Source of the DNA: Octopus bimaculoides | Taxonomy: Eukaryota | Direction: 5' to 3' | Assembly (NCBI RefSeq): GCF_001194135.2 | Contig: NC_068983.1 | Coordinates: 155,205,870-155,269,869, forward strand | Length of the DNA: 64,000 nt | Shown here: positions 13,088 through 24,966 of the stretch, piece by piece | Position numbering within the stretch: the first letter of the stretch is position 1 | Layout: the number at the start of each line of letters is the position of its first letter | Notes under the pieces: model-generated | Told to the model about the DNA's origin: nothing | Seen by the model: the letters and a program-made list of their open reading frames with translations, nothing else | Databases searched by the model: none | Translations under genes and position numbers: made by a program

Positions 13088-14291
13088 GTAAGAAATGATT
13101 TATTATTTTAATTTCATCAAAGATTAAATCCTGCAATGTTTCAATACTTTCTGGGATGTAGTAGGGGTCAATAAAACTGAATCCCATTCAAGTAGAAGGA
13201 CTGACTTAATCAATATCTTTCCCAACAAAATGTGTGGAAGTTTGCCAATCTAAGGAATTGTTGTTGTTGTCGTTGCCGCTGTTCTTATTAAAGCAACAAA
13301 CTGACAGAATCATTATTGTGCCAGACAAAATGTTTAGCAGCTTTTCTTCCAGATCTTTACATTCTTAGTTCAAATTCCTCTGATGCTGGCTTTGCTTTTC
13401 ATCCTTTTAGAGTCAATGGAACAGGTGCCAATTAAGCACTGGGAGTCGATGAAATTAACTATCCCCTTCCCCCTAAAAAATTTAACTGAGCTGGCATGCT
13501 CAGTCAAACTGTCCAACCCATGCCAGCATGGACAATAGACGTTAAATGATAATGATGATGTGAGTGATAATTTGTAAACATTAGCAACACTCTGCCTGGA
13601 TTTCTCACTGGTGATCAGGTGCAATCAATGTTTTTCAAGTATTCCTTCTCGCAGCTTGTTTGTCTGAAACTGTAGTTCTAGTCAAGCAAAAACCATCATC
13701 ATCTTCATGACCATTGTTGTTCTTGTTCTTCGTGTTGTTAAGGTAGTGGGGAATACTAAGTTAATACCACCCACTAATTAGCCGGTTGTTTTTAGATTCA
13801 GAAGACCCATAATCAAAGGGATTCCAGTCATCAAAACATTTTGATTAAATCTTTTTGGCAGACATTTTGTCTAGAACTGCATTATTCAGTGTGCCATCCT
13901 TCCCACCATATTTTAAGATGGTTGGTCGAGATATCAGATGGATTTGGTCCTTAATTCTAGCAGCTCAAGCAATTGTATAGATTCTCCCTCGTTGGCCAAA
14001 AGCAGAAATTAGTTTAATCCTACCACAGTGAAACTCGTCTTCAGTCGTTAAAGTTAATATGATTAATATTCTGGGTTTGGTGAATGGAATCAACTATTGT
14101 CTTCCACAATTGGTTTTATGAATTTAATCAGACGTCATTATATAATCATCACTGTTGTAGATTTTCTAACTCTTGTGGTTGTTGTTGTCGCCTGATTTCC
14201 AAACCAATTAAAATATTTAAATTTTCCCTAAAAATGAAATGAATTTTTTTTTTTTTTTTTTTACATTCTTTTTTACTTTTTCTAAATTCAG

Positions 14292-14413
14292 TGCCAACAA
14301 AATTCAAAGCAAATTGATGATGAAACACTGAACTTCATCAAGTCTCATCCTCTAATGAATGATGCTGTACCAAGTCTTGGAGATCAACCGATTTTGGTTT
14401 ATACTGGCTTCAA
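14292..14413 (+). CDS. Sema1a: Semaphorin exon G: CQQNSKQIDDETLNFIKSHPLMNDAVPSLGDQPILVYTGF
   Basis: Acceptor after a poly-T tract (ttcag), donor AA|gtaagt; 122 nt, phase 0 to 2; LNFIK.HPLM..AVP motif. Confidence 0.95.
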
Positions 14414-16045
14414 GTAAGTTTCCTTTTTCTTTTTTCTTTCTTTTTTTCCTTGTTGTTGATTTCATTATATTTTTTATTTATTGTTCATGAGTATGCAGAT
14501 GGTCTTGTAAATTTAGCATCAAGCAATTAGTTATTGTATTATCATTAATGTGATTATTAGTGCTATTAATGAATAAATGACATTAGCCATTGGAAATCAA
14601 ATTAACTGAAAATGCAGTGTAGACACACACACTACTGATGAAGTCAATAGTTTGTAAGATGATAATCTCATTAACAACCCCTCATATTAGGGATTTAGAT
14701 ATTTACATAAATAAGAAAGAAGTAAAAAAAAGAATCAACAATAAACTTCCATTGAATTATTCTGCTTATGGCAATTAATTCATTTTTAAGAGGATGGTGT
14801 CCGTTCCAATTAAGAATCTCCCACAATCATCTTTGTCATCATCATCATCACCATCATTTCAACATCCACTTTTCCATGCTTGTATGGGTCAGACTGAATT
14901 TGTTAAAGTAGATTTTCTACAGCCAGATGCCCTTTCTGTACCAGCTCCAACCTATATAATATTTTCCTGTGGCCAGACATAGTTTCACTGAGTACGGGAA
15001 ATGAACAATGCTTATTTGCAACCATCATGTGTTTTCAAACATGCATTTATAATAAATGTTCCTTGCTGCAAACAGTAATTTTATGATTTACAAATGGGTC
15101 CCTTGATTGGATTTAAACCAGAGGCCTTTATTTCTTGAAGTCTCTTTTGATGTTGTATTATTTCTATTAATAGAATTTGCATTCAGAGAGATGTTGATGT
15201 GTTAGCAGTATACTTCAGCTGGTGCACCCACATTTGTATCTCATGGGTTGAGGGTGGAGGCATTTGGGCTTTACTGTATTATGTCAGTCCATTGCATAGA
15301 GGTACAGGTTAACAGTCAAGTACATCAACCCCACAACTTGACTGCTGCTTTATTTTCTTGAAGGTAAAGTCAGCTTTGATAGAATTTGAACTCAGAATGC
15401 ATAGAACTTTTACCAAATATCCTAAGGTATTTTATCTAAAGCGCTGTCTCCAATAGTTTGAACTCTTCCAGCCAATAAAATCAAATCCTTAGTATTAAAA
15501 GGCATCAACTTGGTAGAGTTTTCCATTGGTCAGAGAAAATGCTTAGTGTCATTTCTTCCAACTCATTACATTGCAAGTTCAAATCTCATCAGGGCTCAAT
15601 TTTGCCTTTCATCTTGTTGGGATTGATTAATTAAAATATCAGTCAAACATTGAGATTGATGTAACCAGCTTACTCCTTGCTTCAGAATAAAGAAGGAGTA
15701 AGTTGTACCAAAACTAGAAAGGAATTATAATTATTATTATTTGTAGCACTTTATGTTTTGAGCTCAAATCCTACCAAGGTCAGCTTTGCATTTCATCCAT
15801 GTGAGGTTCATAAAATAGAGTACCAGTCAAGTACTTGCTAGCCATCTTTTTATGTACATCTCTAACCATCCCTTTTATTGTTTTCAAGATTTGAGGGGGC
15901 ATTTGCTGCTATTTCTAGCAAGTTAAGCATCATCATATAGAGGCTTAATTGCGTGTTTGTGCTGCAAACTATGGTTTACAGACATCAGTTTCCGTGTTAG
16001 ATTCTTATACTTAGTGATTTTTTTTTTTTACTTTTCTTTTTGCAG

Positions 16046-16128
16046 TTACAGATTCACTAGAGTTGCCGTACATCCACAGTACCAAGCAGTGGATGGTCGA
16101 AAATATGATATTCTCTTCATTGGTACAG
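16046..16128 (+). CDS. Sema1a: Semaphorin exon H: NYRFTRVAVHPQYQAVDGRKYDILFIGT
   Basis: Acceptor ctttttgcag, donor CAG|gtaagt; 83 nt, phase 2 to 1. Confidence 0.95.
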
Positions 16129-16428
16129 GTAAGTACCTCACCGTTGGCATCATTGTGTAATCTTCTTTGTTACTATACTGAGGTCATTCACCATTATTAT
16201 CTCCTTGTCCTCATCATCATCACAATCACACTCCTCAATATCATAATCAACAACACTAAACATCCCCAACCACCAAGCCACTGACCCATACCAGACCATG
16301 GACCATTTGGTACCAGGTTACGCAGAAAGAATAAATTTAAAATTTTCTTTCTATTTTTTGGCTATCACTGTCTACTGAGTAATTATGCATTAAATATATT
16401 ATATACATAATATATATGTGTGTGTGTG

Positions 16429-16459
<31 letters not shown>

Positions 16460-16496
16460 TTGAAAAAATTTGTAAATGTACCACACGAGTAAGTAG

Positions 16497-17037
16497 ATAT
16501 TAAAGAGAAATAAAAATGAAAATGCCACTTTTGAAAAAATTTTTTGGGGTGTTTTAATTAATTTACTTTACATGTTTCAGTTTTTTTGAAAAACCTTATC
16601 AAAAATGAGTATAAAATATGTGAGAAGAGAGGAGGGCTATTAATAAGATAAAATTGGAATTAAAATTAAAAATGACATTCATAGTTTACTGTTATTTCTT
16701 GCACAACCACTCCTACAAAAAAAAGTCTTGACCACTATTTAATATACAAAAACAGATAGTAGTAATCTATTATCACAGTGATTTGGAATTACCATGCTTT
16801 CAAAAGGGAACGAAAGGATCACGTGCGCATGCAAGAAATAACAGTAAACTATGAATGTCATTCTTAATTTTAATTCCAATTTTATTTTATTAATAGCCCT
16901 CTTCACTTCTCACATATTTTATACTCATTTTTGATAAGGTTTTTCAAAAAAACCGAAACATGTAAAGTAAATTAATTAAAACACCCCAAAAAATATTTTT
17001 CAAAAGTGGCATTTTCATTTTTATTTCTCTTTAATAT
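16497..17037. mobile_element. Foldback/MITE-like element with ~207-bp inverted arms and ~126-bp spacer
   Basis: 16497-16703 is the reverse complement of 16830-17037 with 5 substitutions and one 1-nt indel by hand alignment; (TA)n lies on both sides. Confidence 0.9.
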
Positions 17038-17256
17038 ATATATATATATATATGTATAATATATATAATATATATATAATATATATATAATATATATATA
17101 ATATATANNNNNNNNNNNNNNNNNNNNNNNNNNNNNNNNNNNNNNNNNNNNNNNNNNNNNNNNNNNNNNNNNNNNNNNNNNNNNNNNNNNNNNNAATCCA
17201 AGGGCATTAAAAAACGAAACGAGAAGACAACAAAAGCCAGTTTGGATGTGCATAGT

Positions 17257-17535
17257 CATCATCATCATCATCATCATCGTTTAATGTCCGCTTTCCATGC
17301 TAGCATGGGTTGGACGATTTGACTGAGGACTGGTGAGACCGGATGGCAACACCAGCCTCCAATCTGATTTGGGAGAGTTTCCACAGCTGGATGCCCTTCC
17401 TAACGCCAACCACTCAGAGAGTGTAGTGGGTGCTGTTACGTGTCACCCGCACGAAGGCCAGTCAGGCGGTACTGGCAACGGCCACGCTCAAAATGGTGTA
17501 TTTTATGTGTCACCCGCATAGGAGCCAGTCCAGGG
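17257..17535 (-). mobile_element. Inverted copy of the (ATG)n-tailed SINE-like family
   Basis: Starts (cat)n cgtttaatgtccgctttccatgctagcatgggttggacg, the reverse complement of the 19481 copy's 3' end. Confidence 0.85.
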
Positions 17536-18675
17536 TACTATATTGAATTGATGCTCAGTGAAAGTTTAAGATGGAATAAAAATAGGAATAGAAATGACAT
17601 TTTGAGCATGGCTTTTTGTCAGATGGAGGAAAAGTTCCAGAGAAGAGGCAAAGGAGGAAGTTAGTGATAGGTAGAAAATGTGGTTTTTGAAGGCAGGAGA
17701 GTGCAAAAAATGGCCATTGTGAGTGTATGTGTGTGTGTGTGTATATATATACATACATGTACAAGGGTTGAACAGAAAGAGCTTTGCAGCTATCGAATGA
17801 ACTTAGTGGGATAGTGCAAAAATGAAATGGAGAAACTTCTATATATATATATATATATATATATGCTTTGCAATAGTGTCTGGGAAAGTTCCCTACACAA
17901 ATCCGAGTGTTACAGAACACTGAATGTCCCAGACCAGGTAAGACAACTCACTTCAGATGACTGAGAATGGTACATATTGATATTTTTCCCTTATTGTGAC
18001 TTATCAATACCATGTACTCAGATCATCTTGAAACAAAATAAACCACTGTTCTGGGACTTATATGCAAATAGAGTGAAGTCTATTTGCTGATGTGCTCTGG
18101 CACAGCACATGTGAAAGAAATTAATATATATCATAATTAAATCATATACTGTGTATAATAATCAAATTATATATTATATATAATTATTGAATTACATATT
18201 ATGTAGTCTGGTATGTTTCTGCATGATTCTCATGATCCAAAGAAAATTTGTCTTGCATGAAACTAGTCCAAAAGCCTGAGGACTGTTGCTCAAACCCCAT
18301 CATTTTTATTTTCTTCATTTCACAATATTTTTCCTCTTTCTGTTTTCTTTTTTCCTTCTTTCTTCATTTTCTTTTTTTCCTTTTTTTTTTTTTTTTTTTT
18401 NNNNNNNNNNTTTTTTTTTTTTTTTTGTTTCTCTGTTTCTCCTAATTTAATAAAGATATTTGTAATGTTTCTAAAATGTGTTTTGAACTATCATTCTCCT
18501 CATGTATAAGCATGCATCATGTACTTGAAGAAAATAAGTTAGTAGTACACAAATACAAAGCATATTTGAGCTTTTTTTTTTTTAATTTATCATATGTTTT
18601 TGTTTTTTGTTTATCTCACTATTCTCTTTACCTCCCTCTCCTTTCACACATCACTTCCTTGTCTGTCCCTTTCAG

Positions 18676-18886
18676 ATGATGGTCATGTTTTGAAAGTGGT
18701 GAACATTGACCAAGGGAAAAAAGTCCGAAGCATTGTCATCGAAGAAATAAAGGTTTTCCACCATGGAGCCAAAGTGGAAGGTTTAGAAGTGTATCATAAT
18801 TTTGGAATGGAGAAACTTGTTATCGTATCAAGTGACGATATTGTATCAATACCTTTACATCGGTGCCATGAGAAGAAATCTTGCAA
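18676..18886 (+). CDS. Sema1a: Semaphorin exon I (end of Sema, start of PSI): DDGHVLKVVNIDQGKKVRSIVIEEIKVFHHGAKVEGLEVYHNFGMEKLVIVSSDDIVSIPLHRCHEKKSC
   Basis: Acceptor ccctttcag, donor AA|gtgagt; 211 nt, phase 1 to 2. Confidence 0.95.
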
Positions 18887-19089
18887 GTGAGTAGTAGTCG
18901 CTTTTTTTTTTTCTCCTTGTTGCAAATATAATTAATTCTTTATGCCAAATTGCTGGTCTTGTGCCTATGTTGGAAACTACAACATAAGTTTGTATCAAAC
19001 AGCTACTGTCTTCTGTAGGATAAATTCATCTGTCTCTGGAGTGTATAGTGAAGACTGATAGATCTTTCTCTGTTTATTGACTGTGGCAG

Positions 19090-19290
19090 AAGAGGCCACA
19101 TGGTGAATGTGTCTGAAAGGCCTGGAGACCAACACTTTCTTCTGTGGCCAAGCTCTCGTCAATTTCTTCAGGTATCATTTGAAGAGGAAGGTGAGAGTTG
19201 AGAGGGTAGTGAGTGATGCCTTCTAGTGTTTTTTATTGAAAGGTGGGTGAGAATGGCAAGACTGGTGAGGCTGAACAGGCCTATTATGAA
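19090..19290 (+). mobile_element. Probable decayed LINE ORF2 C-terminal remnant
   Basis: Reads CLKGLETNTFFCGQALVNFFRYHLKRKVRVERVVS*, then FIERWVRMARLVRLN in another frame. It resembles the end of L1/Tx1-type ORF2s from memory; not verified. Confidence 0.35.
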
Positions 19291-19480
19291 TATGTTTTAT
19301 GAAGTAGGAGGAAAGAAACAAACTGGAAAATAACACTGCTCATGCTTTGGAGATGGTAGAGTAACCCAAGAATTTTAATTTAGGGTTTTTTCTTGAATTT
19401 CCCTAAGTGGACTGCCCCATTATTGGAGATGCTATTTATTTACTTATCTAAGTTCATTTATATATATATATATATATATA

Positions 19481-19779
19481 CCGCTTGACTGGCCTTGTAG
19501 GGTTTTCGAGCGAGATCGTTGCCAGTGCCCCTGGACTGGCTCTTGTGCGGGTGGCACATAAAAGACACCATTTCGAGTGTGGCCGTTTTCGTGCGGGTGA
19601 CACGTAAAAGCACCCACTACACTCTCTGAGTGGTTGGCGTTAGGAAGGGCATCCAGCTGTAGAAACTCTGCCAAATTAGATTGGAGCCTGGTGTTGCCAT
19701 CCGGTTTCACCAGTCCTCAGTCAAATCGTCCAACCCATGCTAGCATGGAAGGCGGACGTTAAACGATGATGATGATGAT
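19481..19779 (+). mobile_element. SINE-like repeat with (ATG)n tail, core ggttggcgttaggaagggcatccagctgtag
   Basis: Many copies in the window. Plus strand: 7230-7510, 11480-11670, 34467-34625, 59955-60147, 63715-63795. Minus strand: 17257-17535, 23755-23880, 28699-29030, 41210-41350, 52865-53005. Confidence 0.85.
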
Positions 19780-19870
19780 TATTGTTGTGTCTTCTTTTGA
19801 TTGATGTAAACCCCACCTTAGTGTGTATTATATTTTGTTCTTAGTGACCAGTAAAAGAAAATATTATTAT

Positions 19871-20106
19871 CAAGGCAGCAAGCTAGCAAGACCATTTGCA
19901 CACCAGGCAAAATGCTTAATGGCGTTTCATCTGTCTTTACATTCTGAGTTCAAATCCTGCTGAGGTCAGCTTTGCTTTGCATCCTTTCGAGGTCAATAAA
20001 ATAAATAGTACCTTCTGAGTATTGGGTCAATGTAATCAACTAACCCCTTCCCCAAAATTTCAGACTTTGTGCCTAAAGTAGAAAGAATTATTACTATTAT
20101 TATTAT

Positions 20107-20142
<36 letters not shown>

Positions 20143-20520
20143 GTGGTGAGCTGGCAGAATCGTTAGCATGCTGGATGATATGCATAGCGGTATTTTGCCT
20201 GTCTTTACGTTTTAAGTTCAGATTCTGTTGAGGTTTCCTTTGCCTTTCATCCTTTCGGGGTCGATAAATTAATTACCAGTTGCGTACTGGGGTTGATCTA
20301 ATCGACTGCCCCCCCCCCCCCNNNNNNNNNNATGCTTAGCGGTATTTCGCCCATTGCTACGTTCTAAGTTCAAATTCCACTGTCGTCGACTTTGCCTTTC
20401 ATCCTTTTGGGGTCGATTAATTAAGTACCAGTTACACACTGGGGTCAATGTGATCGATTTAATCCCCTCCTCCAAGCGCAAAAAACTTAATCCCCCCCCC
20501 CCTGTAGCAAAAATTTGAAA
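19871..20520 (+). mobile_element. Head-to-tail array of three ~220-bp SINE-like units separated by (TAT/TAG)n
   Basis: Each unit reads gg.gagctggcagaat.gttagca...gagttcaaattc...ctttgcctttcatccttt.ggggtcgataaatt..gtaccag...ggggt..at.taatc.act. A short N gap lies between units 2 and 3. Confidence 0.8.
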
Positions 20521-21282
20521 TCATCATCATCACCACCATCATGCATGTCAATACAGAAGCAGACCTAGTAAGTGGGTTGTGTTAACCTACTCAACTTTCT
20601 ATCTTAATCTATTGACTGTTGGGTTCATCTCTTGTCTTTCTGTGCCTCATTATCATTATTGTGATTTTCTTTCTCTTTTCCCTTTTTTTCTTTTACTCAC
20701 CTCATCTGTTGCTTCATTTTCTCTCATTTATTCATGCATTATTTGACATACTTCATACACTTTTTACCTTCATTTGCAATATTTTTCATTCCTTTGTATT
20801 TTCTTTCTTTCTCTCCTTCTCCCTTGGTTTTTTTTTCTCTCTCTCTCTCTCTCTCTTTCTCCTAACATTCATTTGTTCATACTTTTTTTCCTTATTACTA
20901 GTTCTCCCACTTCTTCCTCTTCCTCCTCCTCCTCCTCCTCCTCCAACTGTAGCTGTGTTCAAAACTTCATTTTCCTCTTTCATCCTGTGACCAACATCCA
21001 ATTAATGATGATACATGTAATGCTTCCAATATGCCAGCCTATGTATGACGTGTGTGTGTGTGTGTGTGTGTGTATGTCTATAGATGTGCATGGATATGTG
21101 AGTGTGTGTGTATATGTGTATAGATGTGTATGAATATGTGCGTGTGTGTGTGTGTATATGTGCATAGATGTGTATGAATATGTGCGTGCGTATGTAAATG
21201 GATGTTATGTTGTATTGCTGTTTTTCTGCTTTCATTTTCATTACTTTCTTGATATGTATATATGCATATTATCATTATACAG

Positions 21283-21357
21283 GGAATGTGTGGCCCTACA
21301 AGATCCATATTGCTCCTGGCTAGATGGCAAGTGTTCAGCTTTTACAAGTCAAGGAGA
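21283..21357 (+). CDS. Sema1a: Semaphorin exon J (PSI domain): KECVALQDPYCSWLDGKCSAFTSQG
   Basis: Acceptor attatacag, donor GA|gtaagt; 75 nt, phase 2 to 2; C.ALQDPYC.W....C PSI motif. Confidence 0.95.
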
Positions 21358-21638
21358 GTAAGTCATTTAAAATTTATCTCTTTTTGTTTCTTTTCTTTCT
21401 TTATAGCCAACTTCTTCTAGTTTATATGCTCTGTTCAGTTATTTCCATTGATATAGACATGCAGATCAATCGATAGATAAATAGATACGCTAACACACAT
21501 ACATTCACATACAATGAATACAATAGAATGGTGAATAGATATGAATCTAGATTGACAGATAGGGGACCATATATATATAGTCAATACATGGTGAAAGCTT
21601 ATAAGCTTACTATTATATTTACGATATATACATATATG

Positions 21639-21681
<43 letters not shown>

Positions 21682-22015
21682 NNNNNNNNNNNNNNNNNNN
21701 NNNNNNNNNNNNNNNNNNNNNNNNNNNNNNNNNNNNNNNNNNNNNNNNNNNNNNNNNNNNNNNNNNNNNNNNNNNNNNNNNNNNNNNNNNNNNNNNNNNN
21801 NNNNNNNNNNNNNNNNNNNNNNNNNNNNNNNNNNNNNNNNNNNNNNNNNNNNNNNNNNNNNNNNNNNNNNNNNNNNNNNNNNNNNNNNNNNNNNNNNNNN
21901 NNNNNNNNNNNNNNNNNNNNNNNNNNNNNNNNNNNNNNNNNNNNNNNNNNNNNNNNNNNNNNNNNNNNNNNNNNNNNNNNNNNNNNNNNNNNNNNNNNNN
22001 NNNNNNNNNNNNNNN

Positions 22016-22066
<51 letters not shown>

Positions 22067-23089
22067 ACTGGAAGATGATGATGTACTATTTTACGTCTCT
22101 GACATTCTCGCTGCTTGCAGTCATTCTGTCAACAAATAGATGAATAGAGGCACTTAATTGGTGGTTTATGGAAGAATAAGACTGTTGAATTGCCAATTTT
22201 TCATTGGTCTGCTTACGTTGGCAATTTAGGACTTGTGGACTATTGATGGGTTAGAATAAGGGTATTTATGTAGAAATAATCTGTCTACCTGCCAACAGTC
22301 ATTGCAGTGCTAGGCAGAGAAAATTACTGCTGTGTGATGTTTAAACAGGTGTCTTTAGCTAATGTTCTGTGCAGGTTATGATAGAAATATTAACTGGGTT
22401 AATATTTTAGATTTCTTGTTTAACATTTTGAAAGAATGAGTTAAAATGTGACATTTTGCTGTCAAGCATGGGTAGCATCTCTTAGAGCCATTAGAAATAT
22501 AGAATTGCATTTTTGACAATGCTGCAGCTTATCTAGATGTTGGTGATGTCACTATCCTTCAAACTCTGCTCATATTGGGAAGAAAATCTGGTACTATCTC
22601 TGGTTCTAAACTAGTTAGAGTGCTGTATCTATCTCCTTGTAAATATACTTTTTGAGTGGCCAATGCATTTCCCCTCAGTACCATCCAGTTGTTATCTTTG
22701 TTCTGTATATGATCACCTTTGAGAGCCACTTCGTGTTATGTGGTCAGAACATGGTATTTTTGAAATGGCATTTTAGTGGTTGTGGTGTTTTTGTTTGTAT
22801 GATTTGAATTATGGTTGTATATTTGAGAAGTGATATTGAAATGACCATAGCTAACTTTAATGTTTTCATCAAAGAACTTATGATGTGTTAAAAGGAAAAT
22901 GAAGAACATGTTTGTGTGCGTGTGCAATATGTGTGCGTCTGAAATATCTACTTTTGTGTGTATATGTGTGTAAAGTACATCTAAAATATCTAAATTTGTT
23001 CTTTGTTTTCCACACACTTCCATTTTCTTTGTCTCTTTGGCCCATTTTTAATTTGTTTAATCCTTCGTTTTTTTTTTTTTTACCTCCAG

Positions 23090-23154
23090 AATTTCTCAAA
23101 TTCAGGACATCCGTTATGGCTTCCATGCACGATGTGAAGAAGAAGAAATAAATG
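23090..23154 (+). CDS. Sema1a: Semaphorin exon K (end of PSI): EISQIQDIRYGFHARCEEEEIN
   Basis: Acceptor poly-T acctccag, donor G|gtgaga; 65 nt, phase 2 to 1; QD...G.H..C closes the PSI domain. Confidence 0.88.
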
Positions 23155-23338
23155 GTGAGAGATTAATAGAAATGGCATTGGTATTTACCTGAGAAAAGAG
23201 AAAAATATCAAATATATTTCTTTCTCTTTTTCTATTTCCCTTCCCTTGTCTCTCTCTCAACGTTTCATTTAATTTCCTGCTGCTACATCCCAAATTTTTT
23301 TTTTATATTCCTTCAAGAATGCATAAATCTACTCACAT

Positions 23339-23383
<45 letters not shown>

Positions 23384-24378
23384 ACTGTAACACAGGGTTT
23401 TTGAAACCCAGTTTTGACTCTTTTTCTTACTTCACTATAAATGCTTTTGTGAAAGGCATCAATATCACATAATCTGAAAGCGTCTCCTTCCCATGTACAC
23501 TCCATTGTCTTGGCACCACTGAAAATATACATATAAGCATGAGTGGAGTTGTGTGACTTCTGAACATTTTCTTACAACATGTGGTTTCTTGTTCAATCCT
23601 CCAATGAAGCACATTGGGCATATATCTTCTTGCACAGCCACATGTCAACCCAAACCTTGTGAGTGAAATTTGGTAGCCAGAAACTGTACAGAAGCTTGTC
23701 TAAATAGTAGACTATACATATTCTTGGATGGTACATGTAATCTGTTTCCCATCATCATCGTCATCATTTAACGTCTGTTTTCCATGCTGGCATGGGTTAG
23801 ACGGTTTGACTGGAACTGGTAAGCTGGAGAGCTGCACCAAGTTCCAGTCTGATTTGGCATGGTTTCTACAGCTGGGTGCTCGAGGACTTTAATGGAATCC
23901 ACTCTATTACAAGCATTTGGGACAGAGCTCCTTTATCTCTCAGTTAAATGTTTACTCGCATACCCAGGTGTACTGGCTGAATGCTAAACCTATTCTTGGG
24001 TAACCTTCTTTATCAGAGTCTGGTCACATGCATAAACGTGCACTTACACTCTTGTGCTTTCTGGAATGCATGTATATCCCAGCATGCATGTGTACTCATC
24101 CTCCTAGAAATAGGTGCCAAATCACTCTCTACCACCTAAAATAAAATTAAAAGGTGGAAGGACATTTGATAATGTAATTTTCAATACTTGAAAATAAGCT
24201 GTGATGGTTATTGTCACAATACCTTTTAAGATTGGATGTATCCAGTCAACATTAATGTGGTACTAGACAACAGCAAGCATGTGTGTGCACACACACTCAC
24301 ACATGCACACACATACACACACACTTATATTTGCTCAGTATGTATAACACAGTACACTATTTACTAATGTTAGGGCAG

Positions 24379-24770
24379 TGGAGGTGTCATGGCCCAGTGG
24401 TTAAAGCAGCGGACCCGCGGTCATAGGATCACGGTTTCGATTCCCAGGCCGGGCGTTGTGAGTGTTTATTGAGCGAAAACTCCTAAAGCTCCATGAGGCT
24501 CCGGCAAGGGATGGTGATGAACCCTTCTGTACTCTTCCACCACAACTTTCTCTCACTCTTACTTCCTGTTTCTGTTGTGCTTGTAATTCAATGAGTCAGC
24601 CTTGTCACACTGTTTCACGCTGAATATCCCCGAGAACTACGTTAAGGGTACACGTGTCTGTGGAGTGCTCAGCCACTTGCACGTTAATTTCACGAGCAGG
24701 CTGTTCCGTTGATCGGATCAACTGGAACCCTCGACGTCGTAAGTGATGGAGTGCCAACAACAACAACAAC
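24379..24770 (+). mobile_element. Full-length tRNA-derived SINE with (CAA)n tail and 13-bp target-site duplication
   Basis: A-box-like tggcccagtgg and B-box-like ggtttcgattccc; ends in (caa)n; aatgttagggcag repeated at 24366-24378 and 24771-24783. Confidence 0.85.
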
Positions 24771-24939
24771 AATGTTAGGGCAGCTATTCTCAAACCTAAC
24801 TGAACTAGCAAACACTATTAAACACATCTCGAATACACACATACACATATTTAAATCGGGCAAACCCTCACTATGCAGCTGGTATTTAAATCTTGTTTCT
24901 CCTTTAAATCTTCTCTTCTTTCTTCTATTAACACTGCAG

Positions 24940-24966
24940 TCTACCACCTGGGAAGCCTCCCAAACA
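24940..24966 (+). CDS. Candidate 27-nt symmetric microexon (V)YHLGSLPN
   Basis: Pyrimidine tract tcttctcttctttcttctattaacactgcag, consensus donor gtgagt at 24967; phase 1 to 1, no stop, compatible with exons K and L. No homology support. Confidence 0.4.

Noticed and set aside
17879-17937. Possible exon ending ...TECPRPG at accag|gtaaga, echoing the semaphorin PRPG motif
   Set aside because: The frame containing PRPG does not fit the phase-1 intron, and the phase-1 reading hits a stop; judged coincidental.
24379-24450. tRNA gene-like A/B boxes here and at other SINE heads
   Set aside because: They continue into repeat bodies and do not form full cloverleaves; treated as SINEs, not tRNA genes.
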